From a virus (Duplodnaviria; Caudoviricetes): 33,871 nt of DNA. Made by a program: the position numbers and the translations under genes. Below are positions 19,204-28,764 of the stretch, piece after piece (position 1 is the stretch's first letter; the number at the start of each line of letters is the position of its first letter). The DNA lies in IMG/VR virus record IMGVR_UViG_3300014208_000093, positions 1-33,871 of that record; one strand, 5' to 3'. Under the pieces are notes generated by a model, which was not told the DNA's origin, ran no database searches, and saw only the letters and a program-made list of their open reading frames with translations.

Positions 19204-19913
19204 TTAAAGATAAATCATATAGTCCTATTTTTGTTACTGGAGTTGAACGGTCTGGTAGTTCTCTCATAGGAAGAATAATCACTATGTGCGGTGGATTTTC
19301 TGGTAAAATAACTCCTATGAGTGAAAATATACGAATTAAAAAATTAGTGGACGATTATTATAAAACTTTTAAAGCAGATACTCGTGGGCAATTTCCTTTA
19401 CCTAATACCAATGAATTATTAATACCTAGAGATTGGAAAGATAAAGTAAATTCCATATTGACTGAAGAAGGATATACGGATTCTAAAGTTTGGATGAGTA
19501 AGGGATCTAGGATGGCTCAGATATGGCCAGTATGGAATTTCGCTTATCCAGATGCTAAATGGATCGTTGTTAGGAGAAGGACTGGAGATGTAATCCAGTC
19601 TTGTTTAAAGACCGGATTTATGGATGCTTTTGGAGATAGAACCATCCAACAGATTATTGGAGTAGATAATGAAAAAGACGGATGGCTTTGGTGGATTCAC
19701 GAACACGAAAAGCTATTTGTTCAGATGATTGAATCGGGGTTAAATGTAAAACAGATTTGGCCTGAAAGAATGTTAAATGGAGATTTTAGGCAAATACAAG
19801 AAATGTTGGACTGGGTAGGATTGCCTTGGAATGAAGGCATTATTACTTTATTAGATGAAACTTTGATTAAAAGTAAAAACAATGGCCGTAAGAGTAACAG
19901 CAACAGAGGTTAA
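19200..19913 (+). CDS. sulfotransferase-family (P-loop-like) protein
   Basis: PIFVTGVERSGSS resembles the 5'-PSB motif. PDAKWIVVRR...DVIQS resembles the 3'-PB motif. Confidence 0.72.
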   Translation: MIKDKSYSPIFVTGVERSGSSLIGRIITMCGGFSGKITPMSENIRIKKLVDDYYKTFKADTRGQFPLPNTNELLIPRDWKDKVNSILTEEGYTDSKVWMSKGSRMAQIWPVWNFAYPDAKWIVVRRRTGDVIQSCLKTGFMDAFGDRTIQQIIGVDNEKDGWLWWIHEHEKLFVQMIESGLNVKQIWPERMLNGDFRQIQEMLDWVGLPWNEGIITLLDETLIKSKNNGRKSNSNRG

Positions 19914-20256
19914 ATCCATATTGGAAACGGAAACGACCTTAACAGATGCTCAAGTAACTGCTATTATTGTTAGCGCTAACGTAATGGTAGATACTGTATT
20001 GGGAACAGGAACTACTACTATTTTAAAAGAAATAGAAAGATGGCTCTCAGCTCATATGGTGGCTATTAGTAAAGAACGCCAGGCATTGAAAGAAGAAGCT
20101 GGAGGAGCAGCAATAACTTATACAGGGGCATATGGATTAGGTTTAAAATCTACTTCGTATGGTCAAATGGTACTTACCCTAGATACTTCGGGAGCTTTTG
20201 CCGATCTAGGGATTAAATCAGCCAGTCTTAAAGCAATTACTAGTTTTGATGACTAA
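19882..20256 (+). CDS. head-tail connector/adaptor protein
   Basis: IERWLSAH and GL.STSYGQ....LD.SG motifs. First gene after the glycan cassette. Confidence 0.75.
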   Translation: MAVRVTATEVKSILETETTLTDAQVTAIIVSANVMVDTVLGTGTTTILKEIERWLSAHMVAISKERQALKEEAGGAAITYTGAYGLGLKSTSYGQMVLTLDTSGAFADLGIKSASLKAITSFDD

Positions 20257-20633
20257 TGAGTATATTATCTTTTATCAATAGAATATCCGTTCAGACGGCA
20301 GTTTATTGGGCAAATCCGGTAGACGATGGTTTTGGTACTTGTACCTTCGATGCTCCGATTGAAATACGGGTTCGTTGGGAGGATAGATCCAAAACAATTA
20401 TTGATAGAGATCGTAAAGAAATAGTAGCAGATGTAGCCGTATTAGTGAATCAAGATTTGGATTTAGGTGGATTTTTATATTTAGGAGATTTAGACGATCT
20501 GGACAGTACTCCTGTTCCATCTGAAGTAGAAGGGGCTTTTGAAATACTTTCTTTTGAAAAAGTACCGTTGATAAAATCAACTACTAAATTTGTACGAATA
20601 GCTTACTTAAATAAACAATACCACGCAACCTAA
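20256..20633 (+). CDS. head closure / head-tail joining protein
   Basis: QTAVYW....DGFG...F.AP.EI.VRWE motif, plus size and position. Confidence 0.7.
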   Translation: MSILSFINRISVQTAVYWANPVDDGFGTCTFDAPIEIRVRWEDRSKTIIDRDRKEIVADVAVLVNQDLDLGGFLYLGDLDDLDSTPVPSEVEGAFEILSFEKVPLIKSTTKFVRIAYLNKQYHAT

Positions 20634-21157
20634 TGAATAGACCAGGATATAGTTTAACTGGGATGGACATCATCATCGGAAACATTAAATCTGAAACGAC
20701 TAAAATGAAGATGAAAGCTTTAGGGGGGATGATAGAAGGTGCCGTTGGTATTCGTAGGGATATGGATCATAAAACTCCTAAGATACCAGTTGATTTAGGA
20801 AATTTAAGAGCTAGTTGGTTTATCACTACTACTTTGGGAGCTAAACAAGAAGAAGGGGAAGGAACATTTACTGAAGTGGATAAGGAAGGTAAGAGAGTAA
20901 GACCCGCTGGATTTGCAGCAAAGATGGCTACTGATCATTCCAGTGTATTGTCTCAGGCTCAAGCAGAAGTAAATACCGCTTCAAAAATGACGTTGATTAT
21001 GGGGTTTAGTGCTAATTACGCTATTTGGGTTCATGAAATGTTAGGGGATGTAAATTGGAATAGACCTGGATCTGGAGCATGGTTTTTTAGACAAGCAATA
21101 AATACCAATAGAGAACTTGTTTTGCAAAAGATAGCTAAAGCAATGAAAATAAGATAA
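20633..21157 (+). CDS. HK97 gp10-like neck protein
   Basis: PVDLGNLRAS and FSANYA.WVHE motifs. Confidence 0.8.
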   Translation: MNRPGYSLTGMDIIIGNIKSETTKMKMKALGGMIEGAVGIRRDMDHKTPKIPVDLGNLRASWFITTTLGAKQEEGEGTFTEVDKEGKRVRPAGFAAKMATDHSSVLSQAQAEVNTASKMTLIMGFSANYAIWVHEMLGDVNWNRPGSGAWFFRQAINTNRELVLQKIAKAMKIR

Positions 21158-21159
21158 TC

Positions 21160-21555
21160 ATGAATGCTGTAAGTGAAGACATAAAAGATATTTTGATAGC
21201 AGATTCTAGTTTAGGATTGGTTTTTCAAACTAATTTATTTATATCTAGAGAACCTTCTAAACATAGTAATTGCGTTACCATATTTGATATTCCTGGATAC
21301 TCTCCTCAATTGTTGTTAGAAGGGGCGATGGGATTTAGAACAGAAAGTTTTCAAATAAGAGTAAGGAATACAGATTATAAAGTAGGATATGCTTTAGCGA
21401 ATGATATAATGGTATTGTTACACGGCCTGGAACATGTAACGTATAACAGTACTCTATATATGGTTATCTACTGTACCAGTGGCCCTGCTATGCTGGGATG
21501 GGATGATAACAACCGAGTGATTTTTGTAATAAATTTTAATCTTCAAAGGAGGTAA
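21160..21555 (+). CDS. tail terminator / tail completion protein
   Basis: FQIRVR...Y..GY and LGWDDNNR..F..NF motifs. Position before the major tail gene. Confidence 0.75.
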   Translation: MNAVSEDIKDILIADSSLGLVFQTNLFISREPSKHSNCVTIFDIPGYSPQLLLEGAMGFRTESFQIRVRNTDYKVGYALANDIMVLLHGLEHVTYNSTLYMVIYCTSGPAMLGWDDNNRVIFVINFNLQRR

Positions 21556-21560
21556 AAATT

Positions 21561-22001
21561 ATGAGTGGAGCTATTTCGAGTGTGGGTACCAAGTTTTATC
21601 GGTGGCCTTCTACTTCTGATAACTGGGCTGCTCTTTCTGAGATTCTATCTTTGGAAGGCCCAACACAGACTAGAGAAACCATCGATGTAACGAATTTGGA
21701 TTCAACTGGGGGATATAGGGAGTTTATTGGAAGTTTTCGTGACGGGGGTACGGTTACTCTTAGCATGAACTTCTTACGAGCTAACTATGACTTGTTGCAT
21801 ACCGATTTCGAGGATGATACCCCTGGCAATTACAAGATTGTATTGCCGGATACAGCTAACACCACCATAGAATTTGAAGGCTTAGTACAAGAAATGCCTT
21901 TGAGTGCTAGTGTTGGGAATCAGGTTACGGCTAACGTAACGATCAAGGTAACTGGAGAACCTTTGGTTTATGACGATTCTTCAGGAGTGCCGGTGTTGTA
22001 A
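21561..22001 (+). CDS. major tail tube protein
   Basis: GP..TRETIDVT.LDS.GGYREFI....DGG.V and V..KVTG.P motifs. Strong SD (AGGAGGT). Confidence 0.9.
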   Translation: MSGAISSVGTKFYRWPSTSDNWAALSEILSLEGPTQTRETIDVTNLDSTGGYREFIGSFRDGGTVTLSMNFLRANYDLLHTDFEDDTPGNYKIVLPDTANTTIEFEGLVQEMPLSASVGNQVTANVTIKVTGEPLVYDDSSGVPVL

Positions 22002-22059
22002 AAACAAATTCCTAATCATGGATTTTATTTATTTTCAAACAATTTAAAAAGTTAATCAG

Positions 22060-22419
22060 ATGATAAAGTTTATTCACTATCAACCGAGCAAAGATGCCGA
22101 AGTAATGAAACTTCCAGTGCGTCCTGCTTACAAGACAATGAAGTTGATGAAAGAAAAATCTGGTCTGATAATCGGTCTAGATGATGATGGTACAAATTAC
22201 GATGCTTATGAAACTCTTTTATTTTATGCTTTACAGGTAGGGTATAAATGGGAAGAAGGAAAAGACAGTCCTTGGAAACAAGAAGACATGGTCGATATCA
22301 TGGATCAGTGTTTTAACGAATTTATGGGTATGTTACCTGAGTTCTTTGGAGAAAAAGAAGATCCAAATACAGCTAAAAAAATAGTTAGAAAGGATCGGGT
22401 AGTTGAGGAAAAAAAGTAA
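22060..22419 (+). CDS. tail assembly chaperone (gpG-like)
   Basis: Lies between the tail tube and tape measure genes. Ends in the slippery sequence A AAA AAG before TAA. Confidence 0.8.
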   Translation: MIKFIHYQPSKDAEVMKLPVRPAYKTMKLMKEKSGLIIGLDDDGTNYDAYETLLFYALQVGYKWEEGKDSPWKQEDMVDIMDQCFNEFMGMLPEFFGEKEDPNTAKKIVRKDRVVEEKK

Positions 22420-22814
22420 CTTTATGGGAGGTCATATCTTCCATAAATTATGAAGAGTTAGCTGGAATATCAATAGCCAGGTTTGGAATAAGCGCAGAAC
22501 AGTTCTATGATTTATTGCCAATTGAATTTCGATATGCTTTGTTATGTGCTAATAAACGAGAAGAAAAAGAATTTCAATTAAAATATGAAGTTGCAAGGTA
22601 TACAGGTAAACATGTTTGGAATGCAGCAGGAAAGACGGTTAAAAAAGGAGTAACTTTAGATGTAAAAGATATAGATATTTTTGGTTGGGAAAGAGAAAAC
22701 GACCCTCAAGTACAAAGTATAGATGATATGAAAATGCAATTAATGAATATTGCAAATGCTTTTAAAGGTAAAGGGTTGAAAAAGACGGAAAGAAAGATTG
22801 AAAGGAAATCATAA
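22410..22814 (+). CDS. gpGT-like -1 frameshift extension of the tail assembly chaperone
   Basis: The -1 frame is open from the slippery site (VTLWEVISSINYEELAGISIARFGISAEQFYDLLPIEF) and is continuous with ORF 22515-22814. Confidence 0.8.
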   Translation, partial: KKVTLWEVISSINYEELAGISIARFGISAEQFYDLLPIEFRYALLCANKREEKEFQLKYEVARYTGKHVWNAAGKTVKKGVTLDVKDIDIFGWERENDPQVQSIDDMKMQLMNIANAFKGKGLKKTERKIERKS

Positions 22815-25800
22815 ATGGAAGTAGGGGTATTAACTGCGAGAATGGTGATGGACGTAAGTTCATTGCAAGCCGCACAAGCAAGTATGGTGGCTTTTGAAAA
22901 AACAGCTACCCGTTCTCTCAATACCGTAGCTCAAAGAATTCGTACTTTTGGATATTTGAGTACCGCAGTTATTACCGTTCCAATGATAGCCGCAGGAAAA
23001 GCTACTGCTAAGATGGCTAGTGACTTTGAGTTCTCTATGCAGAAAATAGTAGGATTGGCTGGAGTAGCTCAATCGTCTATAAATGCTTTCAAAAAAGAAA
23101 TTCTTGCTCTTGCTCCATCCATAGGTAAAGGGCCAAAGGAATTAGCGGATGCTTTGTATTTTATTAATTCTTCTGGTTTGAAAGGGGCAGAGGCTTTAGA
23201 CGTATTGAAATTATCTGCTAAAGCAGCAGCTTCAGGACTAGGAGAAACTCAGGCGGTGGCTAATCTTTTGACTTCTGTATTAACGGCATATAAAGGAACC
23301 GGAATGACGGCAGCATATGCTACGGACATTCTTGTATCCGCAGTACGGGAAGGGAAAGCAGAGGCCACTGGGTTTGCTACGGCTATTGGCCAGATTATTC
23401 CTATTGCGGCAAATATGGGAGTTTCTTTTGACCAGGTAGCGGGAGGAATGGCAGCTATTACTCTTAATGGAGCTAGTGCGTCAAATGCCGCTGTTTATCT
23501 AAAGGGAATATTCCAGGCTTTGACAATTGCTTCTGAAAAAGGGGATGCTGCCTTAGCAAAATATGTTTCTTCATATGTAGATTTACGGAATATTCTGAAA
23601 ACCCAGGGAATGATCGGATTGTTGAAAGAAATAAACCGATTGAGGGATGAAGCCGAAAGTAAAAGAAAAGGGAATGGAGAGGAGTTTTTATCTGACGTAT
23701 TTCCAAATGTTAGAGGTTTGACGGGGGTGCTTTCTTTGGCAGGAAAGAACTTTGAATATACTACGGCTTTAATGCAGAGAGTAACTAACTCGGCAGGTTC
23801 GCTAGGAACTGCTTTTGCTGCCGTTTCTGACACTATTAAGATGCGGTATGATAAAGCTATTGCGAGAATAAATGTATCGCAAATATCGCTTGGAACGACT
23901 ATTGCAAATACCTTCATTCCTATCTTGGAATCTTTATCTAGATGGATAGAAAAAGTTACAAAATGGTATGAAAATCTATCTGAAGCTCAAAAGCGCCATA
24001 AGATGATTGTTCTTGCGGTTGTAGCTGCTCTTGGTCCATTATCTTTGATAACTAGTTCATTAATTTATACTATTGGAGGATTGACTACTGCTATTAAATT
24101 AGCTTTTACTGTTTTAACATCAGGATTGATAAAATTAGCACCAATCATAAATGCCGCAATAGCATCTACTTCTGCAGCTATGGCAACTTCTTTGGGTATG
24201 GCGGGAGCTATTGGAATTGTAGTAGTGGCTATTGCAGGATTAATTTATGGAATTGTTCGATTGATTCAAAGTAGAAAACAATTAAATCAAGAGAATACAG
24301 AAGCAATTAAGATAGATAAAATAATAGCAGATTCAGAAGCAGAAGCAGCAAGGAAAATAGGAAATGAAGTTGCTCAATTAAATGTTTTGAAAGAAGCTAT
24401 TATTTCCACTAATATTCCAACAGAAGTTCGATCTAAATTAATAAAGGAATTGAATGATAGATTTGGAACTTATATGAAGAATTTGTTAGACGAAAAAGCT
24501 ACTAATGAGGAAGTTAAAAAGGCGATAGATGATGTAAATGTAAGTTTACTTGAAAGAATAGATTTAGAAACTAAATTAGCATTAGCTGGTAGATTGGGAG
24601 AAGAAAAAGCAAATGTAATGATGACCCAATTAGAGCTTATTCGTAAAAGGGCTGAGAAAACAAAAGAAATGGCGGATTTGCAAGAGCAAATGAAAGTTAC
24701 TGATGGAGGTGGAAAATTATCTAAGTGGGGAGGGATAGGACTAGATTCCTCTTCTCAATTAGAAAGAAATTACAATGCTGCTGCTTTTGCTGTAAAAGGA
24801 TATAATGATGAATTAGAAGTAACTCGTAAAGATTTACTTAATATTGAAGAAAAAATTAAAGGAATAGCTCAACTTCCAGGAATTGGTACTGTATTAAAAG
24901 ATGGAGGGTCGGGAGGAGGAGAGGATACTAAGGTAATAAGTTATTGGCAAAAACTTCAGACTGACATAGATGATGCTACGAAAGATTTGAAAGGATTTAC
25001 TGAAGCTGAAATAAAAGCAGGGAAAGGGGCAGCGGATCAAGCTAAGTTAGAAAGGGCTTCTAAAGCTCAACAAGGTATCTTAGGTAAAATTGATAAGGGG
25101 GCTGTAAAAGATATTTCAGACTTCTATGCCACTAAAAAACAATTGGCCGAAAACAATGCTAAAGCTATCTATACTATTGAAGAAGAACTAGCCACTAATT
25201 TAGCTCGTTTAAATATTGAAGCCAAAAAAGATTTAGTAGATTCAGAAAAAGATGTAACCAAGAAAGCTAAATTGGAGGCTGAATTAGAAGGAATGGTCAT
25301 TGACGAAATTAATCGCCAAAAGAAAGTAGCAGCAGATAAGTTGTTTAAAGCCAAAAGTGAGCAATATGAATTAGAAGCGGAGAAAGCAAAACAACAAGCC
25401 TATTTAGAAATAGCAGATACAGATAAAAAAGCAAGGGCAATTGAAGCAATAGAAATAGATCAAGCCCAAAAGCATATTTGGTTGATGGAAGCTATTTATC
25501 AAAAAGACATGACTTCGGCTCAGGATTTGTTAGATATACGGAGAGAAAGAAACTCTGAAGAATTTAAAGATTTGATGGATACTAAAGCTCGTGAATTAGC
25601 AGAATACAATGACGAGTATATTGGTAGAAAAGAGCTTTTAGAAAAAGAATGGAAAGAGGGAGTAAAAACAAGAAGGGAGTACAATTTAGCTTTACGGGAT
25701 TTGACGGTTGAGTTCTATGATTTTACTAAGGCATCCGCTACTGAAAATGTAGATTTTCTACAAAAAATGAGTACGGAGGAATTGAATTGGTATATTCGTA

Positions 25801-26411
25801 GCTTGGATACTAAAATAGCTATGGAACAAGACTTTACCGAAATTAAGAAACTGGAAGAGCAAAAGAGGTTAGCTGAATCTTTGAAACGATGGGATGCTGA
25901 AGAAAGAAGGGTAAAAAGTTTCAAAGAGATAATGATAGATGTAATGCAAAGTCTAGGACAGCAATTATCTGAAGGAGCTGAAACTTGGAAAGAGTATGGT
26001 CAAACGGTAATAGATGCTCTGAAGCAAGTAATTGCTATGATAATTAAGGAGGGAGTTGCTGCCGTAGTTAAAAATGCTTTGATTCAATCGTCTGCACTTC
26101 CTGGAGGGCCATTAGTAGCAGGAGCAGTAGGAGCTTTGGCTGGAGGACTAGCCGCAGGAGCTTTCTCCACTGCCTTAAATCAAATACCAGGATTAGCTAA
26201 CGAAGGAGCTGTATATGGACCAACTATTTTACAGGCAGGGGAGTATCCTGGAGCTAGTAGTGATCCTGAACATTTTATCCGTCAAAGCCACTTAGAAAGC
26301 TTAGTAGAGTCAGCAGGAGGGAATGGATATATAGCTGAAACAGAATTGTCAGGTCGGGTAGTAAAAATACTCTTGAAAAGAGAAGAACGATACCAAAATA
26401 GAGGTAGATAA
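22815..26411 (+). CDS. tail tape measure protein (TP901-family core)
   Basis: 1198 aa. Ala/Gly-rich N-terminal minor-tail region, hydrophobic segments and long charged helices. Confidence 0.93.
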   Translation: MEVGVLTARMVMDVSSLQAAQASMVAFEKTATRSLNTVAQRIRTFGYLSTAVITVPMIAAGKATAKMASDFEFSMQKIVGLAGVAQSSINAFKKEILALAPSIGKGPKELADALYFINSSGLKGAEALDVLKLSAKAAASGLGETQAVANLLTSVLTAYKGTGMTAAYATDILVSAVREGKAEATGFATAIGQIIPIAANMGVSFDQVAGGMAAITLNGASASNAAVYLKGIFQALTIASEKGDAALAKYVSSYVDLRNILKTQGMIGLLKEINRLRDEAESKRKGNGEEFLSDVFPNVRGLTGVLSLAGKNFEYTTALMQRVTNSAGSLGTAFAAVSDTIKMRYDKAIARINVSQISLGTTIANTFIPILESLSRWIEKVTKWYENLSEAQKRHKMIVLAVVAALGPLSLITSSLIYTIGGLTTAIKLAFTVLTSGLIKLAPIINAAIASTSAAMATSLGMAGAIGIVVVAIAGLIYGIVRLIQSRKQLNQENTEAIKIDKIIADSEAEAARKIGNEVAQLNVLKEAIISTNIPTEVRSKLIKELNDRFGTYMKNLLDEKATNEEVKKAIDDVNVSLLERIDLETKLALAGRLGEEKANVMMTQLELIRKRAEKTKEMADLQEQMKVTDGGGKLSKWGGIGLDSSSQLERNYNAAAFAVKGYNDELEVTRKDLLNIEEKIKGIAQLPGIGTVLKDGGSGGGEDTKVISYWQKLQTDIDDATKDLKGFTEAEIKAGKGAADQAKLERASKAQQGILGKIDKGAVKDISDFYATKKQLAENNAKAIYTIEEELATNLARLNIEAKKDLVDSEKDVTKKAKLEAELEGMVIDEINRQKKVAADKLFKAKSEQYELEAEKAKQQAYLEIADTDKKARAIEAIEIDQAQKHIWLMEAIYQKDMTSAQDLLDIRRERNSEEFKDLMDTKARELAEYNDEYIGRKELLEKEWKEGVKTRREYNLALRDLTVEFYDFTKASATENVDFLQKMSTEELNWYIRSLDTKIAMEQDFTEIKKLEEQKRLAESLKRWDAEERRVKSFKEIMIDVMQSLGQQLSEGAETWKEYGQTVIDALKQVIAMIIKEGVAAVVKNALIQSSALPGGPLVAGAVGALAGGLAAGAFSTALNQIPGLANEGAVYGPTILQAGEYPGASSDPEHFIRQSHLESLVESAGGNGYIAETELSGRVVKILLKREERYQNRGR

Positions 26412-28706
26412 ATGGCAGACTTTCAATTAAAAGCATATACAGAATGGGATGACATTCTTTCTTCTTCCTCTCATTGGGAGGTAGAAATCTATCAGGATTT
26501 AGATTTAGGAGGAGAATCATCCGTAACTGTTATGCCATTTATTAGTTCTCCTGATCCTTTGGTATTTCGATTTGGTCCGGCTGGGGATTTAGATACCGTA
26601 ATAAAAGCTACTGAGTGCACGGTAAATATGATCATCCCACAAGGGGAAAATTTTGATTGGTTAATAACAGACTTTAATCCTAGAAAATTTAAAGTAAAGG
26701 TTATACAAGATAGCGTTACTCAGTTTTGGGGATTTATGATAAATGATCAGTTGTTTGACAATCTTGAATATAACCGATCTTTGTCTATTATCTTTAGTGA
26801 TCAATTAAATTTGCTAACTAAGGAAGATTTTTTAGACGGTTCTGTTGGTCCAACTACTCCTGATACTCTTTTGAATCAATTGTGCAGAGGATTAGAAGCA
26901 ACCGGATTACAACTACCAATAAATATAGCTTGTAATATTTTCCACTTAGATATGCAAAGAGGAGCTACCTATACTCCTTTCAATCAGGCTTATTTAAGTC
27001 AAAGTATTTGGTTAGATGATAATTTTAATCCTGGTAAATGTGGAAATGTTATTGAAGAGATATTAAAACCTTTTTGGTGTAGAATATTTCAATCAGAAGG
27101 TGAATGGAGAATATATCGAATACGTGATTTGGAAAAAACTCCGATCTATTGTCAGAAGTTTTCATACAACGGGGCTTTAATTTCTTCTGAAACCTTAACT
27201 CCTCAGTTGTCTACTTCTACTTCCCTGCAAAAGTTTACTCCTTTAATTCAAAGAATACATGGTGGGGAGTTAGAATATTCACCAGATTGGAAATTTAGGG
27301 ATTTAGAAATAGATTATGGTTTGAAGCCTTCCTTAGTTAGTGGTTTGAATGCTGACGTATTTTGGACAGATCCATATACCCATACTGCTTGGACTAATGA
27401 AGGTAAAAAATGGTATCATATAGGATACACTGTAAATAATATTCAAAAAGGATTTTTGAAATGTTCTACAGATGATAGAATAGCTTTAAACATAGGATAT
27501 CAAATATATTCTCCTTTAGCAAATATTTATGCTGTAAATTCTTATGTATTTACGGTTATTTGTGGTAGATCAAATATGCATTGGCCATTAATATCTTATT
27601 GCTATGTGCAATTAGTATTAGTAGTAGGTGGAGTAGATACTTATTGGTATGACGATTCAACAGGCGTGTGGGAGGATGATTCTTTGTTTCATTCTATTGA
27701 CGGTATAGATTTTCCTGCTATTGGAAAGAAAGCAGATATTGCTACTAATTTAGAATCTAGAACAGTAGAAGTAGCAGCCCCTCCTGTTGATGGTCAATTG
27801 CGAATAGTATTTTATGCTCCGTATAGAGGAAGTCCTTTAGCAATCAATACTTATTTTTATATTGGGGAAGTTACTTTTGAAATAGCTAACGAAGATGAAA
27901 ATTTACCTAATGGAGAGGTTTCAAGAGTAAATATAACTAGTACTGGTCAAGATACTTTCTATGTTCCTGATCAGTATAAAATACGAATTAATGGAGGGGT
28001 AGTAACTAGAGAAGGAGCTACTCCAGGAACATTTGAACAAATAACTACAGATAGATATTTTGGATTACTTGCTTTAACCACTAACTTAGTTCCAATAGAT
28101 GATGATTGGGTAGAAATATATGCTACGGATTCAGCTGACGCTATGAAATTAAAGGACTGGTTATTGTATCATTGGCAAAGACATCACGCTACAACTAGTA
28201 AGTCTTATGAAGGATCGTTTAGGGGTAGAATGAAACCTACTAATGTTTTGAAGATTACTGAATTTACAGATACCGAATTTGGAACTTTGTATATTTGGGA
28301 CGATGTGGAATTTCATCCTAGAACAGGTATATGGACTGGAACTTGGTTACATTTGAAAAATAAAAATACTTTAAAGACAGGACAAACTTTTGAATCTATT
28401 TTAAAAGCCTATTCTATCAATACTAATTTAGCAATTTCAGTAGGAGGAGTTTCAGTATCTACAAAAGATGAATATCATTCTAATCCAGAAGCAATAGATG
28501 CTGGAGAACAAACAGTAACCTATCTAACTCCATTTTCAACAGACGATGATATTTTATTAGATCCAGCTATAATGGGTATAACTTCAGATGGGGAAATACT
28601 TTGGGCAGTTCCTTATTGGGATAGTGAAATAGAGGAAACTGCAGGATTTAAGATTAATTTTGCCGTAGCCGTTACCATACATTATACTGCAAGAATAATA
28701 AAATAA
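26412..28706 (+). CDS. tail tip / baseplate-hub-like structural protein
   Basis: 764 aa, beta-rich, immediately after the tape measure gene. CRIFQSEGEW.I motif. No signal peptide. Confidence 0.6.
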   Translation: MADFQLKAYTEWDDILSSSSHWEVEIYQDLDLGGESSVTVMPFISSPDPLVFRFGPAGDLDTVIKATECTVNMIIPQGENFDWLITDFNPRKFKVKVIQDSVTQFWGFMINDQLFDNLEYNRSLSIIFSDQLNLLTKEDFLDGSVGPTTPDTLLNQLCRGLEATGLQLPINIACNIFHLDMQRGATYTPFNQAYLSQSIWLDDNFNPGKCGNVIEEILKPFWCRIFQSEGEWRIYRIRDLEKTPIYCQKFSYNGALISSETLTPQLSTSTSLQKFTPLIQRIHGGELEYSPDWKFRDLEIDYGLKPSLVSGLNADVFWTDPYTHTAWTNEGKKWYHIGYTVNNIQKGFLKCSTDDRIALNIGYQIYSPLANIYAVNSYVFTVICGRSNMHWPLISYCYVQLVLVVGGVDTYWYDDSTGVWEDDSLFHSIDGIDFPAIGKKADIATNLESRTVEVAAPPVDGQLRIVFYAPYRGSPLAINTYFYIGEVTFEIANEDENLPNGEVSRVNITSTGQDTFYVPDQYKIRINGGVVTREGATPGTFEQITTDRYFGLLALTTNLVPIDDDWVEIYATDSADAMKLKDWLLYHWQRHHATTSKSYEGSFRGRMKPTNVLKITEFTDTEFGTLYIWDDVEFHPRTGIWTGTWLHLKNKNTLKTGQTFESILKAYSINTNLAISVGGVSVSTKDEYHSNPEAIDAGEQTVTYLTPFSTDDDILLDPAIMGITSDGEILWAVPYWDSEIEETAGFKINFAVAVTIHYTARIIK

Positions 28707-28764
28707 TCTGTTTCATGTATTTATTCGATAAAGGTTTATAAATTTACGGTATATAAAAGTAGAA

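Noticed and set aside
11241-19913. Host capsule/LPS locus joined by misassembly
   Set aside because: The genes are coupled to phage genes at both ends (4-bp gap upstream, 32-bp overlap downstream), and wzx, wzy and an initiating transferase are absent.
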